This document shows positions 12,601 to 26,084 of a stretch of DNA of 64,000 bases, one piece after another. This DNA is from Flaccisagitta enflata. Its lineage: Eukaryota. Positions within the stretch are counted from its first letter, which is position 1, and every line of letters begins with the position of its first letter. A model generated the notes under the pieces. The model saw only the letters and a program-made list of their open reading frames with translations, was not told the origin of the DNA and did no database searches. The stretch covers positions 11,656,001 through 11,720,000 of the forward strand of contig OZ231126.1 in assembly GCA_965153355.1 (NCBI GenBank), read 5' to 3'. The position numbers and the translations under genes were made by a program.

Positions 12601-14911
12601 GCTGCAAGACTGGGGTAGCCAGCCCGGCCCAGTGACTCCAGAAGAAATCATAAAACTCTTATTCTAAATTTTATGGGTACAATTGCCCATAAACATGAGT
12701 ACTTTATCATAATTATTGCACAAGTAGTTGAGTTAAATTTATGCCCAAAAAAAACATAAACACATTTCCAGATTCCAAAGAAATCTTAAACCATTTTGCC
12801 ATAAACCCATGGTAAAAAATGTTCATTAATTTCATGATCATTTTTTAACATAATAATGCCATATTCACATAAATTTATGCTAAAACAAATTCTTTTTATG
12901 ACTCTAAGAAAATGATAAAAATTTATTTTTTTTGCCATATATATGGTACAAATGCCCATAGATTGTGAGAGATATCGAATGTCTCATTAACGCACATATT
13001 CCTTCCTGTTTTTCGGTATCAACACAGTCGCGTGGCGACGCCTACACATTGCGCTTCGACCGCGTCGAGTCACGCAGGACGTTCGGTAAAGTCGGGCCAG
13101 TTGCAACACGCTGCAGGGGATGCGCATGCCGCGAGTCGAGGTGGGTGAGCGTATTTGTTGATTTGCACTTATAACGGCAGCGCGCTTGCCATTTGCGGGC
13201 GGCGTTGTTCGCACACACCGGCGATCAATGGCGATGACGCCATCGCTTGTGACGAATGTTCGCTAAAATTCTGATCCGCATCCCCAAGATTAGTCGGTTA
13301 TCGCCATTTTGCACTGATTTTAAAAACAATTTTGTTGATTACTTTGATTTTTGTTGAATTGCTCATATTTTCGTTTCTTTTCTTGCATCGTTACGCATTT
13401 TTGATAGTTTCAGATTTTGCTTCTTCTGCGACGTATCTTTTTTCTTCACTGTAATGCCCGGCACGCGCCGCCGCCGCTGGCTGCCTGGCTTCGGCCTACG
13501 CCGTCTCGCGCAGAGCACGTTCACCCCGTGGCTGATGGTCAAAGAGGCCCCCGACCGGGTCGCGACCGGGGCCGCCGGGCTAATAGCTGATGGAATGCGA
13601 AGAAAATGGTTTGACTATCTGTTTTTCCTTTCCACCAAAATATAAACAGGCCAGAATGTCAGGCACAGATACGTGGTGTTAGAGGAAAATGTGGAAAACA
13701 GAGAATACATGGCCACACTGGTCTCAGAGCTCACATCCAGCTGACGAGCTTGGGCTCATTTTAAGAGATGATTTTGTGCTCCCCAAAATGAGCCTAAATT
13801 GAGGTCATTATCAATTTATTTAGAACCAGCACTGCTCCAGTTGATACTTTAAAAATGGATTACCACCAAATCTGTGAACCCTACACTTCTAGACGAATTG
13901 AAGCATCGATCACATCTTGTTCATTTATAGAGCTGTACATTTAAAATGACTGGCTGAGGTCATTGTTCATCCCAGCTACATGGCATTGCCCAGTTGATAC
14001 ACTGAGAAAACATGATTCACTGACATACTAGTTTATTTAAATAGTCTGATTAATAACACACTGGTCATTTTAAGAAGAGTGATAGTCTTTTCATCATGAG
14101 CTGAGCTGACACATTCAATTTGTTTGGGAGTAGCATTGCACCAGAAAGCTGAGTGTAACTCAGGTTAAAATAACACCACTAGCAATTGTGGATGGGTTTA
14201 GTACACAACACGCATATACGTATGAATACACACATACTCACACACAAACATAATACCACACGTTACTAACACACACGCAGCATTACTGGCCACTGTGCAC
14301 ACACACACACAAACACACACACAATAATGAATATATCGCCAATAATAATAATGAATATTAACATCAGATAAACAACAACGCACGCAACACTAAAACACGT
14401 GCTCACCAACAGATCGTTCAAAATAAAGAGTCTTTGCGTTAAGAGTGAATTGAACAGACGTTAGGCGGGGCATTGAGCGAGTCGCGCACGCGCGAAGCCG
14501 ATAGGTTGCAGCGAAGTTATCATTGGCTGGTGGTTTGTTCATTGTCACAATTACACACAGCAAACAAGGTGACTTACTATTCTGTGTCGTGTCTGCCTAT
14601 CGTTCATTTACATTTCACTTGATTTTATTTTTTAACATTTTATAATATTTTTTAACATTTTATAAATTATTCAATATTTTTTTGATTATCTGACATTTTA
14701 ACATTTTAGCACTTAACATTTAATCCTTTGTTAACATTTATTAACATTTTTCATTTTGATTTTTTACATTTTTTAACATTTTTAACATTTTTTAACATTT
14801 TCAACATTTTAAACTTGACATACCTTTTGTCTGCTGCTCTGTGCCACGCATCAGCCAGCTCTCTTAAGAATATTTCACTTCACAAACATTTGACTGTCTT
14901 TTCGTGGTGCC
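7876..14911 (-). repeat. Degraded left arm of palindrome 1 (inverted copy of ~15173-24000)
   Basis: Mirrored ORFs (9869..10216+ vs 21011..21352-, MPDDDTPEFK; 9510..9869- vs 21352..21738+), mirrored satellite, garbled mirror of ORF 16849..17982 at ~12960-13640, and mirrored pyrimidine/purine tracts. The outer limit is approximate. Confidence 0.9.
11180..12960. repeat. AT-rich satellite, degraded mirror of 17850-19920
   Basis: Recurrent ccataaatttatg core. Confidence 0.85.
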
Positions 14912-14980
14912 TGTCTCAAACAGGTGAATGTCGTAATATGAGAAGTTTTGAAAAAAAAAACAACAATAAAAAAGGACAGA

Positions 14981-15139
14981 AACAAGGCTGGATACACGGC
15001 AAGACAGTTGGGGATGATTGGGCAGGGGCCGTAATGCAACAATCGCTCCAAATTCAAAAGAATTTGTAACCTACCAACTTACTGACCTACCGACAAACCG
15101 ACAGGGCAAGGTGTAGAGTCGCATGTCCGCGACTAAAAA
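14981..15139 (-). mobile_element. HINE-like element lying in the spacer of palindrome 1
   Basis: aacaaggctggatacacggc ... gggcaggggc ... gtagagtcgcatgtccgcgactaaaaa. Confidence 0.65.
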
Positions 15140-15929
15140 CAAAAACAAGTCGCATGCGCATGGGCAGGGGCCGGGGCACTGATTTGAAAAGACAATCAAA
15201 TATTTGGATAGGGGCAGTGACAAAACAAGCCCAAGAGGGCAACAGTCGCGTGCTTCTGGAAACGACAAACAAAAGAGCAAAAACATGTCAGAATGTTAAA
15301 AATGTTGAAAAATGTTAAAAAATGTTAAAAATGTTAAAAAATGTAAAAAATATTAAAAAATGAAAAAAAATGTTAACAAATGTTAACAAAGGTTAAATGT
15401 TAAAAGATGCTAAAAGATGTTAAAAAATGTCAAAAGATGTCAAAAAATGTTGAATAATTTATAAAAATGTTAAGAAATATTATAAAATGCTAAAAAATGT
15501 TCAAAATGTTCAAAATTTAGAAAGGTGTAGAGTCGCATGTCCGCGACTAAAAACAAAAACAAGTCGCATGCGCATGGGCAGGGGCAGGGGCACTGATTTG
15601 AAAAGACAATCAAATATTTGGATAGGGGCAGTGACAAAAAAACTGGCTGTTAACGCCATAATTGCAAAGTGTGACCAATAGACAAACCCACCAGCCAACT
15701 GACCAACACTGCAACCTATCGAGCTGCGTAGTATGCGACTAAAAGAGACAATTTTCCAATGCCGCAGAGCAATGTAGCGTCTGGTCTTCAATGAATTCCT
15801 TTCTGGCTACAAGACTACTATTTTGGTCAGACGGTCTGTTGGTTGGTCTGTTGGTGAAACTTTGTTTTTGTGTAAGTGCTGCACATGTGTTTACAAGTGT
15901 TTTAGCGCGTGCGTGCGCGTGTGTTTGAC

Positions 15930-16110
<181 letters not shown>

Positions 16111-16214
16111 GAGTATGTGTGTATTCATACGTATATACGTGTGTGTATATGTGAACTCCCCACATCCACATTTTGGTAGCTACAGGCCAACTAGTGGGTT
16201 AATTCTATTTTTAA

Positions 16215-16735
16215 CTCGAAGTTACCTCAACTTTGGTGCAATGCTGCTTCCAAACAAATTGAGCTAATGACCTCAACTCAACTCATATTGAAGAACTGCC
16301 TCTGCTCTTTAAAATGAGCTCGAGTCGATGTTATTAGCTCAATTTGTTTAGAAGAAATAAGCTTGCAAAGTTGTATGAGTGAAATCCATGTTTTGCTCAG
16401 ACTAACATCAACTTTGGAGCAATGCTACTTCTTAACGAATTGAGCTAATGACCTCAACTTGGGCTCATTTTAAAGAGTAGACGCAGCTCTATAAAATGGG
16501 CTCAAGTTGAGGTCATTAGCTCAATTCGTCTAGAAGATATAAGTTTGCAAATTTGGGTGAGCAAAATCCATTTTTGCTCAAAATTACATCAACTTTGGAG
16601 CAATGCTGGTTCTAAATAAATTGAGCTAATGACCTCAATTTGGGCTCATTTTAAAGAACTGCGTCTTCTCTTTAAAATGAGCCCAAGCTGAGGTCATTAG
16701 CTCAATTCGTTTGGAAAATATGAGCTCACAAAGTT
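16215..16735. repeat. Three tandem 181-bp units, each containing a long hairpin
   Basis: gagctaatgacctcaa occurs at 16261, 16442 and 16623. In unit 2, 16435-16477 pairs with 16487-16529 (40 of 43 bp, 9-nt loop). Confidence 0.9.
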
Positions 16736-16848
16736 GAGGGTGTCTGACCCATGTATTCTCTGTTTTTTCCACATTTTCCTCTAACTACCGCAGCTCCAAT
16801 CTGAATGCCCTTGACATTCTGAGGCCTGTTTACTCTTTTTTAGTTATA

Positions 16849-17850
16849 TTGGAAAGGAAAAAGCGCCGGGTGGGGCTACTCAAGCCATTTTCTTCGCATT
16901 CCATGAGCGCTATTGTGCAACAACCCGGCAGAAAGCCGGCGCCGTTGGCGACCCCCGGAAATTCGGGGGAAGTCGCGACACCATCAGCTACAGAAGTGAA
17001 CGTAGACAGAAAAACAATTGCTTCTAAAAATGCGAAAAAGGACGAAGAAGAGCAAGATACTGCGACCGAGAGGCCAGACGGCGCCAACGACGCCGCCGCA
17101 AAAGAATCCGGCGCCCTCGAGGAAGACGGCGCCGAAACCGACGACGATGCCGAGGCAATTGCAACGGAAGAAGAAAATGAACGTCTTGAACAGGTTTTGA
17201 GAGAAGAAAAAGAGAAAAGTATACGTCTCAGAGAAGAACTTAAAAATCTAGAAGCTATCCAAGAAATGCAGCAAAAAGAACGGCAAAAGAAAAAGAGAAA
17301 AAGAGAGAAACAAGAAAATGTGAAAACAATTCAAGCAAAAAATCAAGAGATAATCAACAAAATTGACAAAATCCAGTGCGAAATTAATGATGAAGCCGAC
17401 AAATCTGCGGATGAAAACGAGATCCAAATTTTGGACAACGGCGCTGTCTCGTCCACAAAAAATGATGCGGCGTCATCGCCCAGTACAGTCGCCGAATTGT
17501 GTGCAGACAACGCCGCCGCCCCTGCTGGAAATGGCAAGAAAAAACGCCGTTACCAAATTAAAAAACACCCAAATGCAGCAAAAGTACCGCCACCAAATTT
17601 CCCACCTCTAGGTAATAGCGGCGCCGCGGGAGGTCATGCATCCCCTGCAGCCGTCGCTGTACAGCAGATTGACGCCTCAGCCCTGAATCAACCCGACTTT
17701 TCAAGACTTATCCATACGCTAGAACTCGACGCAGTCAGACGCAATGTCGTAGGCGTACGTCCTTCACAACATTTTGAGCAATACGATGCAGAAAATAAGG
17801 GAGAATATAACACGTTAATGAACACATTCGACACTCTCTCTCACAATCTA
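16849..17850 (+). mobile_element. Intronless ORF fragment, possibly retroelement Gag-like (Bel/Pao DUF1759-like start), cut by a satellite
   Basis: About 330 open codons of non-microsatellite sequence (first ATG ~16903): an acidic region, a coiled-coil, then RPSQHFEQYDAENKGEYNTLMNTFDTLSHN. This resembles the P..F.G...W..F...F..LVHN pattern of Bel/Pao Gag by eye only. The last ~44 codons of the listed ORF are satellite read-through. Confidence 0.4.
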
Positions 17851-19920
17851 TGGGCATTTTGTACCCATATATGTATGGCAAAAAAATGCATTTTTTATCA
17901 TTTTCTCAGGAATCATAAAAAATTTTGCGTTTTTTGGCATAAATTTATGCTTAATTATGGCATTATTTATGACAAAAAATGATCATGAATTAATGGGCAT
18001 TTTTTACCCATAAATTTATGGCAAAAAAATGAAGTTTTTAAAAGATTTTCTTTGGAATCACAAATAATGATATGTTTTTGGGCATAAATTTATGCCTACT
18101 TATTGCAATAATTTATGACAAAAATTGCTCATGAATTTATGGGCAATTTGTACCACCATAAATTTACACAAAAAGGAGTTTTTTTATGATTTCTTTGAAC
18201 TGTTGTAAAAAACAAGGCCGGGATACATCATTACCCCAGTCGCGCATGGCAATAGGGGCATGCAGCATGTCAACAGAGTACGTCTGGGCAGGAGAATGCC
18301 TCAAAAGCTCAAAAACTAAAAGTAAAAGGGGACCGACTAAATCGACCGATTTGTACCCATAATTTCATGGCAGAAGTAGCATTTTTTGTAGGATCTATCA
18401 ATGGGGAATCATAAGAAATCATATGTTTTTTCACATAAATTTATGCCTTTTTATTGCATTGATTCATGAAAAAAAATGATCATAAATTTAAGGGCGATTT
18501 GTACCCATTATTTGATGGCAAAAAAAAAGCATTTTTTGTAGGACTCATAAAAAATATCAAGTTTTTTGCCATAAATTTATGCCTATTTATTGCATTAATT
18601 TATGTAAAAAAATAATCATAAATTTATTGGCTATTTGTACCCATAAATTTATGGCAAAAAAACGCTGTATTTTTATGATTTTTTTTTTAATAAAAAATTT
18701 TTTTTGTATTTTTTGCCATAAATTTATGCATGTTTTTGGCACTAATTTATGACAAAAAATGGTCATAAATTTATGGGCAATTTGTACCCATAATTTTATG
18801 GCAAAAAAAGCATTATTTGTAGGATTTTTTTTTTTGAATCATAAAGAATCATATGTTTTTTCGCATAAATTTATGCCTTTTTATTGCATTAATTTATGAC
18901 AAAAATGATCATAAATTTATGGGCTTCTGGTCCATAAATTTGCATAAAAACGCTGTTTTTATGACTTTTTGAATCATAAAAATTTTAGTTTTGCCATAAA
19001 TTTATGCATATTTTTTGGCATTAATTTATGGCCTAAAATGACTATAGATTTATAAGTAATTTGTGTCCATAAATTTATGGCAAAACAGTCGTTTTTACAT
19101 TTCTTTTGGGAATCATGAAAAATCTTGTGTTTTCAATATAAATTTATGCATATTTAAGACACTTATGGCCAAAATGACTATAAATTTATATAATTTGTGT
19201 CTATAATTATGAAATAAAACACGCTGTTTTTTTATGATTTTCTTTGGAATCATAAAAAAATTTATGTTTTTTGCCATAAATTTATGCATATTTTTGGCAT
19301 TAATTTACAGTTTAAAATGATCATAAATTTATGGGCAACTTGTACCCAATACTCCATGGCAAAAACACGCTGTATTCTTATGATTTTCTTTGGAATAAAA
19401 AAAATTTGGTAACTATTGCCATACATTTATGCATATTTTTGACATTAATTTATGGCCAAAAATGATCATAAATTTATGGGTAATTTGTGTCCATAAATTT
19501 ATGGCAAAAAAACACTGTTTTTTTATGATTTTCTTTGGAATCATAAAAAATTTTATGTTTTTGCCATAAATTTATGCATATTTTACACTTATGGCCTAAA
19601 ATGACTTGAATTTATGGGCATTTAGGTCTGAGAATTTGATGGCAAAACGCTGTTTTTTCATGATTTTGGAATCATAAAAATCTTATGTTTTTTGCCATAA
19701 ATTGCATATTTTTAAATTAATTTATGCAGTTAAAATGATCATAAATTTATGGGCAATAGGTACCAGTAAATTTATGGCAAAAAAATGTATGTCTTTTTAT
19801 GATTTTCTTTGAATTCATAAAATCATTATATTTTTTTTGCATAAATTTATGGAAAAAACTCCATAAATTTATTGGTACCTATTGCCCATAAATTTATGGC
19901 ATAAAACTACCATAAATTTA
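17850..19920. repeat. AT-rich satellite, ~140-145 bp period, built from the 14-bp palindrome CCATAAATTTATGG
   Basis: tgatcataaatttatggg-like anchors at about 18478, 18762, 18906, 19318, 19463 and 19737. A HINE fragment interrupts it at ~18210-18350. Confidence 0.9.
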
Positions 19921-20214
19921 TGAGCCTGAATCGGCTATGATATACCTGTGTCTTCCTGTAATGAATTCCCCCGTATTTCCAAGTCTAGACGACATCTACT
20001 GTAACTTAATTTCCTTTCCCATATACGGCCGTGAATATGGCCGTACTCATTTGCGAAATTACTGAGGAGATATATGGGGTGGGTAATGAAAGTTGTTGAT
20101 TGGGAGAAATATGGACGAAATGGGAGGGCCCAAAGGAGGACTAAACAGTCACAAAAGAATTGGATGGTCAGCGGTACCCGTGCCCTGCCTATGTAGGTTG
20201 TTCTTGTCGTTGAA

Positions 20215-20620
20215 GGGGAAGCAGGGTAGCAGTCCTGAAGGGGTCAATGATCTATGCTTTCAAACATATGGGGAATTTTCTCCTCTCTTCTTCTGCTCCG
20301 CACCCCATTCCCCTAACCTCCAGGCCCATATGTCAGCCTCAAGGCCCATACCCAGCTTTGAGGCTAAAATCCCAGTGTCGAGCCCCAAACCTCTTGATGC
20401 TGGGATTTTGGCCTCAAAGATGGGATTTTGGCCTAAAAGTTGGGATTTGGGTCTCACGCCTGGGATTTAGGTCTCAAGGCTGGGTATGGGCCTCGAGGCT
20501 GAGATATGGGCCTGAAGGTGGCGGGGGGGACCAAGAAGAAGAAGGAGGAGGAGGAGAAGGAGGAGAAAATTCGTGTGAATGCATAGTTCATCAACCCCTT
20601 TGGGGCCGCTGCCAAAAAGG
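20215..20620. mobile_element. MITE-like element with internal ~21-bp ctgggattt...gcctcaagg repeats
   Basis: Degenerate inverted termini (gggtagcagtcctgaaggggtcaatga / catcaacccctttggggccgctgccaa). Relatives lie at 22690-23106, 24110-24560 and ~24680-25110. Confidence 0.5.
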
Positions 20621-20714
20621 GGAGGTAGGTGGAAATTGAACACTTGTCAAAGAGAGTTGATAGGATAGAATATTAGGTTAGTCCAAGGATCAAAAGATAC
20701 TGACATTATACTTA

Positions 20715-20950
20715 TATTTATATTTATATTTGTATTTATATTTATATTTATATTTATATTTATATTTATATTCATATTTATATTTATATTTATATTCATA
20801 TTTATATTTTTTTTTTTTATATTTATATTTATATTCATATTTATATTTACATTTATATTTGTATGTATATTTATATTTATATCTATGTTTATATTCATAT
20901 CTATATTCATATCTATTTTACATTTTTATTTATTCATATTTACATTCATA
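20715..20950. repeat. (TATATT)n hexamer repeat
   Basis: Direct inspection; mirror at ~10275-10500. Confidence 0.93.
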
Positions 20951-21607
20951 TTACCTTGTCATTCAATTCATATTTCCGCTTGACATCGTTGCATGACCAA
21001 ACAACATTTATCAAAACAAACTCACAGAAAGGTGCCAATATGGAAATCTTTGAAGACGAACTGACAAGGATTTGAATTTTGAACAAGCAACGTGGTAGAG
21101 GGAACAATAAGAGGTTGGGGGGGGGGCAGGAGTTGGTGGGTGAAAAGAGCATGAGCATATGGAGGAGGAAAAGGAGGAAGACGATGAGAGAGAGAGAGAG
21201 GATGAAGAGGAGGAAGGGGGGGAGATGAAGAGGAAGAGGAGGAAGAAGAAGAATAATATGAAGAAGAGGATACGGTGAAAATGAAGAGGAAGAGGTGAAG
21301 TGTTTACTTGAGCAATTTGACTTTTGAACTCTGGAGTGTCATCGTCTGGCAATGATTAAAACTTTACGCCAACAAATTCAAAACCACATTTTTCGGGAAT
21401 GGAACTTTTACTTGCCGTGCCTTCGCTTCTTGAAACTTTTTTCCCTGTTGCTCTTTCACTCACTCTGTCTGTCTGTCTTTATGTCTGTCTGTCTGCTTGT
21501 CTGTATTTCTGAATGTCTGTCAGTCTGTTTGTCTGTTTGTCTGTTTGTCTTTCCATCTTTTAGTCTATCTGTCTGTCTGTCCGTCAGTCAGTCTGTCTAT
21601 TTGTCTA

Positions 21608-21685
<78 letters not shown>

Positions 21686-22429
21686 CCACCAATATTATGT
21701 GGTGTTGCAGTAGCACTCAGTCTATTGGGTTCTCATGACCATCGCTATTCACTAGTTGACAAGGCAAGGATTACTTGTAATCTGTCCGGTTATTCCACAC
21801 TAATGGATTTTGTCGACATTACGATGTAGGGTGTAGTGTTAGAAATTCCCATCGCCTTTGGTAGGAAATCAACCCTATGATGAGCGTGTGTATTTTAATA
21901 AGAAATTAACAGAGTGATAATGACGCGAGGTTCCTCAGATTATTTGATTAAGATATTGCATTAGAATAAGGCACAAGTAGTCCAACGCAGGTCATTAACT
22001 CACGCTACGCTAAAAGAAAAAAAAAGATAGAGACACCCATGTGTAAAAATGAATGTCGCTTGGACAGCCTAAAAGGGAGTATAGCCCTGTATATTTCACT
22101 GATTTCATAAAAAGTTTATCTTTTGAATCTTTTTTTCTAACACTTGAGTGGAAAGGCTGAAACAATTTTCAATAGGAGGAAGAACAAGACAACAACTTCC
22201 TTCCTCACTTCTTCATAAGTCTTTTATGTTTAAACATGTAGTTTCCTTACAATTGAAGATAACTTATTGTTTAGATGACAAAAATAATATAAGAAAAGCG
22301 GCGGCTTATGAATTCCGGTATGGAAAGAAACAAGACGTAAATAAATCGTCAGGCCAACTTATGTGTGTGTTAGAAAATGGCAAAGTTTTAGAAAACGAGA
22401 TAAACACAAATTGAAAGATGGAAAGAAAA

Positions 22430-22606
22430 AGCGAAAGAAGAATAAGAAGAAGAGAAGAAGAAGAAGAAGGAGAAGAAGAAGAAGAAGAAGAAGAAGAAAA
22501 AGAAGAAGAAGAAGAAGAAGAAGAAGAAGAAGAAGAAGAAGAAGAAGAAGAAGAAGAAGAAGAAGAAGAAGAAGAAAAAGAAAAAGAAAAAGAAAAAGAA
22601 AAAGAA
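22430..22606. repeat. (GAA)n / (GAAAAA)n microsatellite
   Basis: Direct inspection. Confidence 0.95.
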
Positions 22607-22689
22607 CTAGTCATCCAAGGATCGCACATGGTCAGCGGTACCCGATGCCCTGCTGGGAGCTTATCTGAACAAGACGCTGAGCGGAGAGT

Positions 22690-23106
22690 AGGGCGTGGCC
22701 CCAGCGGGCCGATGTCCTGTAGAACACAGGGGGTACCCCATACGTCCTGAGGATGTTACTACAATAGATGACTGATCCAGGCCAAAGAAGGTGACATTTG
22801 AAGGTTGCAGGGCAGAATTGAGGCTTTGAGAGTGGACTGATGCCTGGAAGGCAACTGAGCTTACAGAGGGCTGATTTGGATTGGAGTGCCCAGTTGAAGG
22901 TCTGAGGGCAGATCTGAGGTCTGTAGGTCAGATTTGAGGCGGGGGCTGACGGAAGCCCAGAAGGCTGATTTGAGTGCCCGGATAAAGCAAATTCCCAGGG
23001 GCCGATGTAAATTCGAGGCCTGATGGCCAACGGGGACTGGGACGGACGGATCGCGACGGAAATTCCCCCTGTAGCCTACAGACATCGGCCCGGGGCCGCT
23101 GCCCAA
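22690..23106. mobile_element. MITE-like element with inverted GC-rich termini
   Basis: gggcgtggccccagcgggccgatgtcctgtag...acagggg at the left end is an imperfect inverse of ccccctgtagcctacagacatcggcccggggccgctgccc at the right end. Confidence 0.55.
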
Positions 23107-23718
23107 AAAGGAAAAGGAAAGGAAAAGGAAAAAGAAAAAGAGAAAAGGAAAAGGAAAAGCAGAAAAGGAAAAGAAAATGAAAAAGAAAAAGAAAAAGAAA
23201 AAGGAAAAGAAAAAGAGAAAAGGAAAAGGAAAAATAGGAAAAGAAAAGAAAGAAAAGAAAAAGAAAAAGAAAAAGAAAAAGAAAGAAAAAGGGGAAAAGG
23301 AAAAGAAAAAGAGAAAAGGAAAAGGGAAAGGAAATGGAAAAGGAAAAGGAAAAGAAAAAGAAAAAGGAAAAGAAAGAAAAAGGAAAAGGAAAGGAAAGAA
23401 AAAGAGAAAGAAAGGAAAGAAAGAAAAGGAAAGGAAAAGAAAAGAAAAGAAAAGAAAAGGAAAAGAAAAGGAAAAGAAAAAGAGAAAAGGAAAAGTAAAC
23501 AGTAGGGAAAAGGGAAAAGGAAAAGAAAAAGAAAAAGAAAAAGAAAAAAAAGGAAAAGAAAAAGAAGAAAAGGAAAAAGGAAAAGGAAAAGGAAAAAGGA
23601 AAAGGAAAAGGAAAAAGGAAAAGAAAGAAAAAGAAAAAGAAAAAGAAAAGAAAATAAAAGAAAAGAAAAGAAAAGAAAAAGAAAAAGGACAAAAGCAAGA
23701 AGAAGAAGAAAAAGAAAA

Positions 23719-23765
<47 letters not shown>

Positions 23766-24012
23766 TAGGTTAAGAAGAAGAAGAAGACGAGAAAGAGGAA
23801 GAGGAAGAAGAAGAAGAAGAAGAAGAAGAAGAAGAAGATGAAGAAGAAGAAGAAGAAGAAGAAGAAGAAGAAGAAGAAGAAGAAGAAGAAGAAGAAGAAG
23901 AAGGAGAAAGAAGAAGAAGAAGGAAAAGTAAATAAATAGAAGAAAAGAAAGAAGAAGAAGAAGAAGTTAAGAAGAAGAAAAAAAAAAGAAAAAGAAAAAG
24001 AAAAAGAAAAAG
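23105..24012. repeat. Polypurine tract (GGAAAA/GAAAAA/GAA repeats)
   Basis: Direct inspection; mirrored as a polypyrimidine tract at 7876-8515. Confidence 0.95.
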
Positions 24013-24679
24013 ACAGTATGCTTCGTTCCGGTGCAGCAGCTATCCAAAGATCCCTTTTGGTCGTGACTGATGCCCACTGCTTGGGTCAGTGAAGTAGTGG
24101 GTGAGAGCAAACTGGCAGCCCCCAAGGGCCGTGTCTGTAGGACCTGAAGAATCTTCCAGACGTCTGAGAGGGAATATAACTTAGAGCCTAAGGAAGTAGT
24201 GGGAGGCAGGGTTGAGGTCTGGAAGGAAGATTTGTGTAGTTATATCTACGAGGTCTTGGGGCAGGCCTTGGGCCTTCAGGGCAATTCCAAACCTGGAGAG
24301 GGCCTGATTTAGGCCTGGAATGCAGTTTGAGGTCCTGGAAGCGGATTTGAGGAGGCCACTGGAAGCTGATTGTGATGCCTTGAGAAGCTGATTTGAAGGC
24401 CTGGAGGCCAGTTGAGGGGCAGAGTCAGGCCTGAGAGCCGAATGGGGGCCTGCGATGGCCAACTAGAGGGACGGACGGACGGGCGGGGACGAGGAGCGGA
24501 AGGACGGATCTGGAAATTCCCTGTGTCCTGAGATATCAGCAGCACAGGCCGCTGCCCAATAAAGGACATGAAGTACATCCCTTTCATAGCCAGGCTTAAA
24601 AAAATTTGTGTCATGCTTGGCTGGAGTACACAATTCAAAGGTTAAATTGAGCATTTGAGTGGGTGGAACCATGAGGCAG

Positions 24680-25022
24680 ATTAGGGCCAGGCTGGAATTT
24701 GAGCTTCCAAGGCTGGGATTTGAGCTTCAAGGCTGAGATGACTTCAGGCTGGGATTTGGCTTTGAGGTTGGGATTTGAAGCTGAGGCAGGATTGGCCTGA
24801 AGCTGGGATTTGAGCTTCAAGGCGGAGATTTAAAGCTTCAAGGCTGGGTTGTGCCCAGCAGAGACTGGGATTTGAGCCTGGGGCGCAGTTTGAGCCTCGA
24901 GGCTGGGATTTTAGCCTGAGACTGGTTGAGCCTCCCAGGCTGGGATTTGAGCCTGAAGCAGGATGTGAGCCTCCGAAGCTAGGATTTGGGTCTCGACTCT
25001 CGAGACCAGGATTTGGGCCTGA
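24680..25022. repeat. ~21-bp minisatellite (ggctgggatttgagcttcaa) inside a MITE-like element
   Basis: Direct inspection. Confidence 0.8.
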
Positions 25023-25786
25023 GGGACAGAAGGAGAGAAGAAAGGAGAAGGAAGGAATTTCCACTTATGTGTGACATAGGTCATCCCAGCCCTTTGGAAC
25101 CATGCTAAGACAATGATATGTAATAACAACATGTTGTGTAACATATGCTCATGTCATGACAACAGTAACCTTCTTAACCAGCAACAACAATGTATGATTA
25201 TTACTATGCTATTTGCTGTCTTGTAAATAGAATGAATGAATGAATAGACTGAATGGTGAATGAATAGACAACTTCATAAAACAATCCTTATTAAGTGTAC
25301 ATATAGACGGTGCTGATTATAAAATTGCATGACAATATCTCATTGAAAGGAAACCATCTTATGACAAGATAAAAAAAAAGCAAAAAATGTTTGTTTTCTG
25401 TACTTTTTTGCCTAGAACTTCATCTGATAGTAAAAATTAGGGTAAAAAAAATTTCATCCATCAAAAATATATTAAGAGCATTTTGAGATATTTTCTCATG
25501 CAAAAAACTTGAAAAATACAAAAAAAGTTAGAAAACTGAATAAATCATATTTTAATATATAATAATTAATATTTAGCTCACCAAAACAGATTTTGCATTG
25601 ATTTCTTTTGTTTTATTATCACAAAGTTATATATTAAAAGAAAATTCAAGAAAAAATTGTTTTATGACAACTATATTTTTTGGCCTTGGTGACTGGCAAT
25701 TTTCACGTGATCTTGCACCGTGTCGTAGAACAATCCCATTTAAACGTGACGTGGTTGAACATATCATTGTGAGATATCGATTCAGG

Positions 25787-25860
25787 ACGTGGCGAGACGG
25801 GACGTGGCGAGACGGGACGTGGCGAGACGGGACGTGGCGAGACGGGACGTGGCGAGACGC
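25787..25860. repeat. 15-bp minisatellite (gacgtggcgagacgg) x5
   Basis: Direct inspection; mirrored near 58967-59018 and 59104-59140. Confidence 0.92.
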
Positions 25861-25995
25861 GGGATGGAAAAGGGGACGGCGCAGAGAGAGTAACGCGTTA
25901 ACCCGCATCTTAAAGGAAAACAATCTCTTGCATTTGCAGGCATGCGTTACTTCACGTTCTTATACTTATAGGCTGTTGAATTTAAATATCTTCCC

Positions 25996-26084
<89 letters not shown>

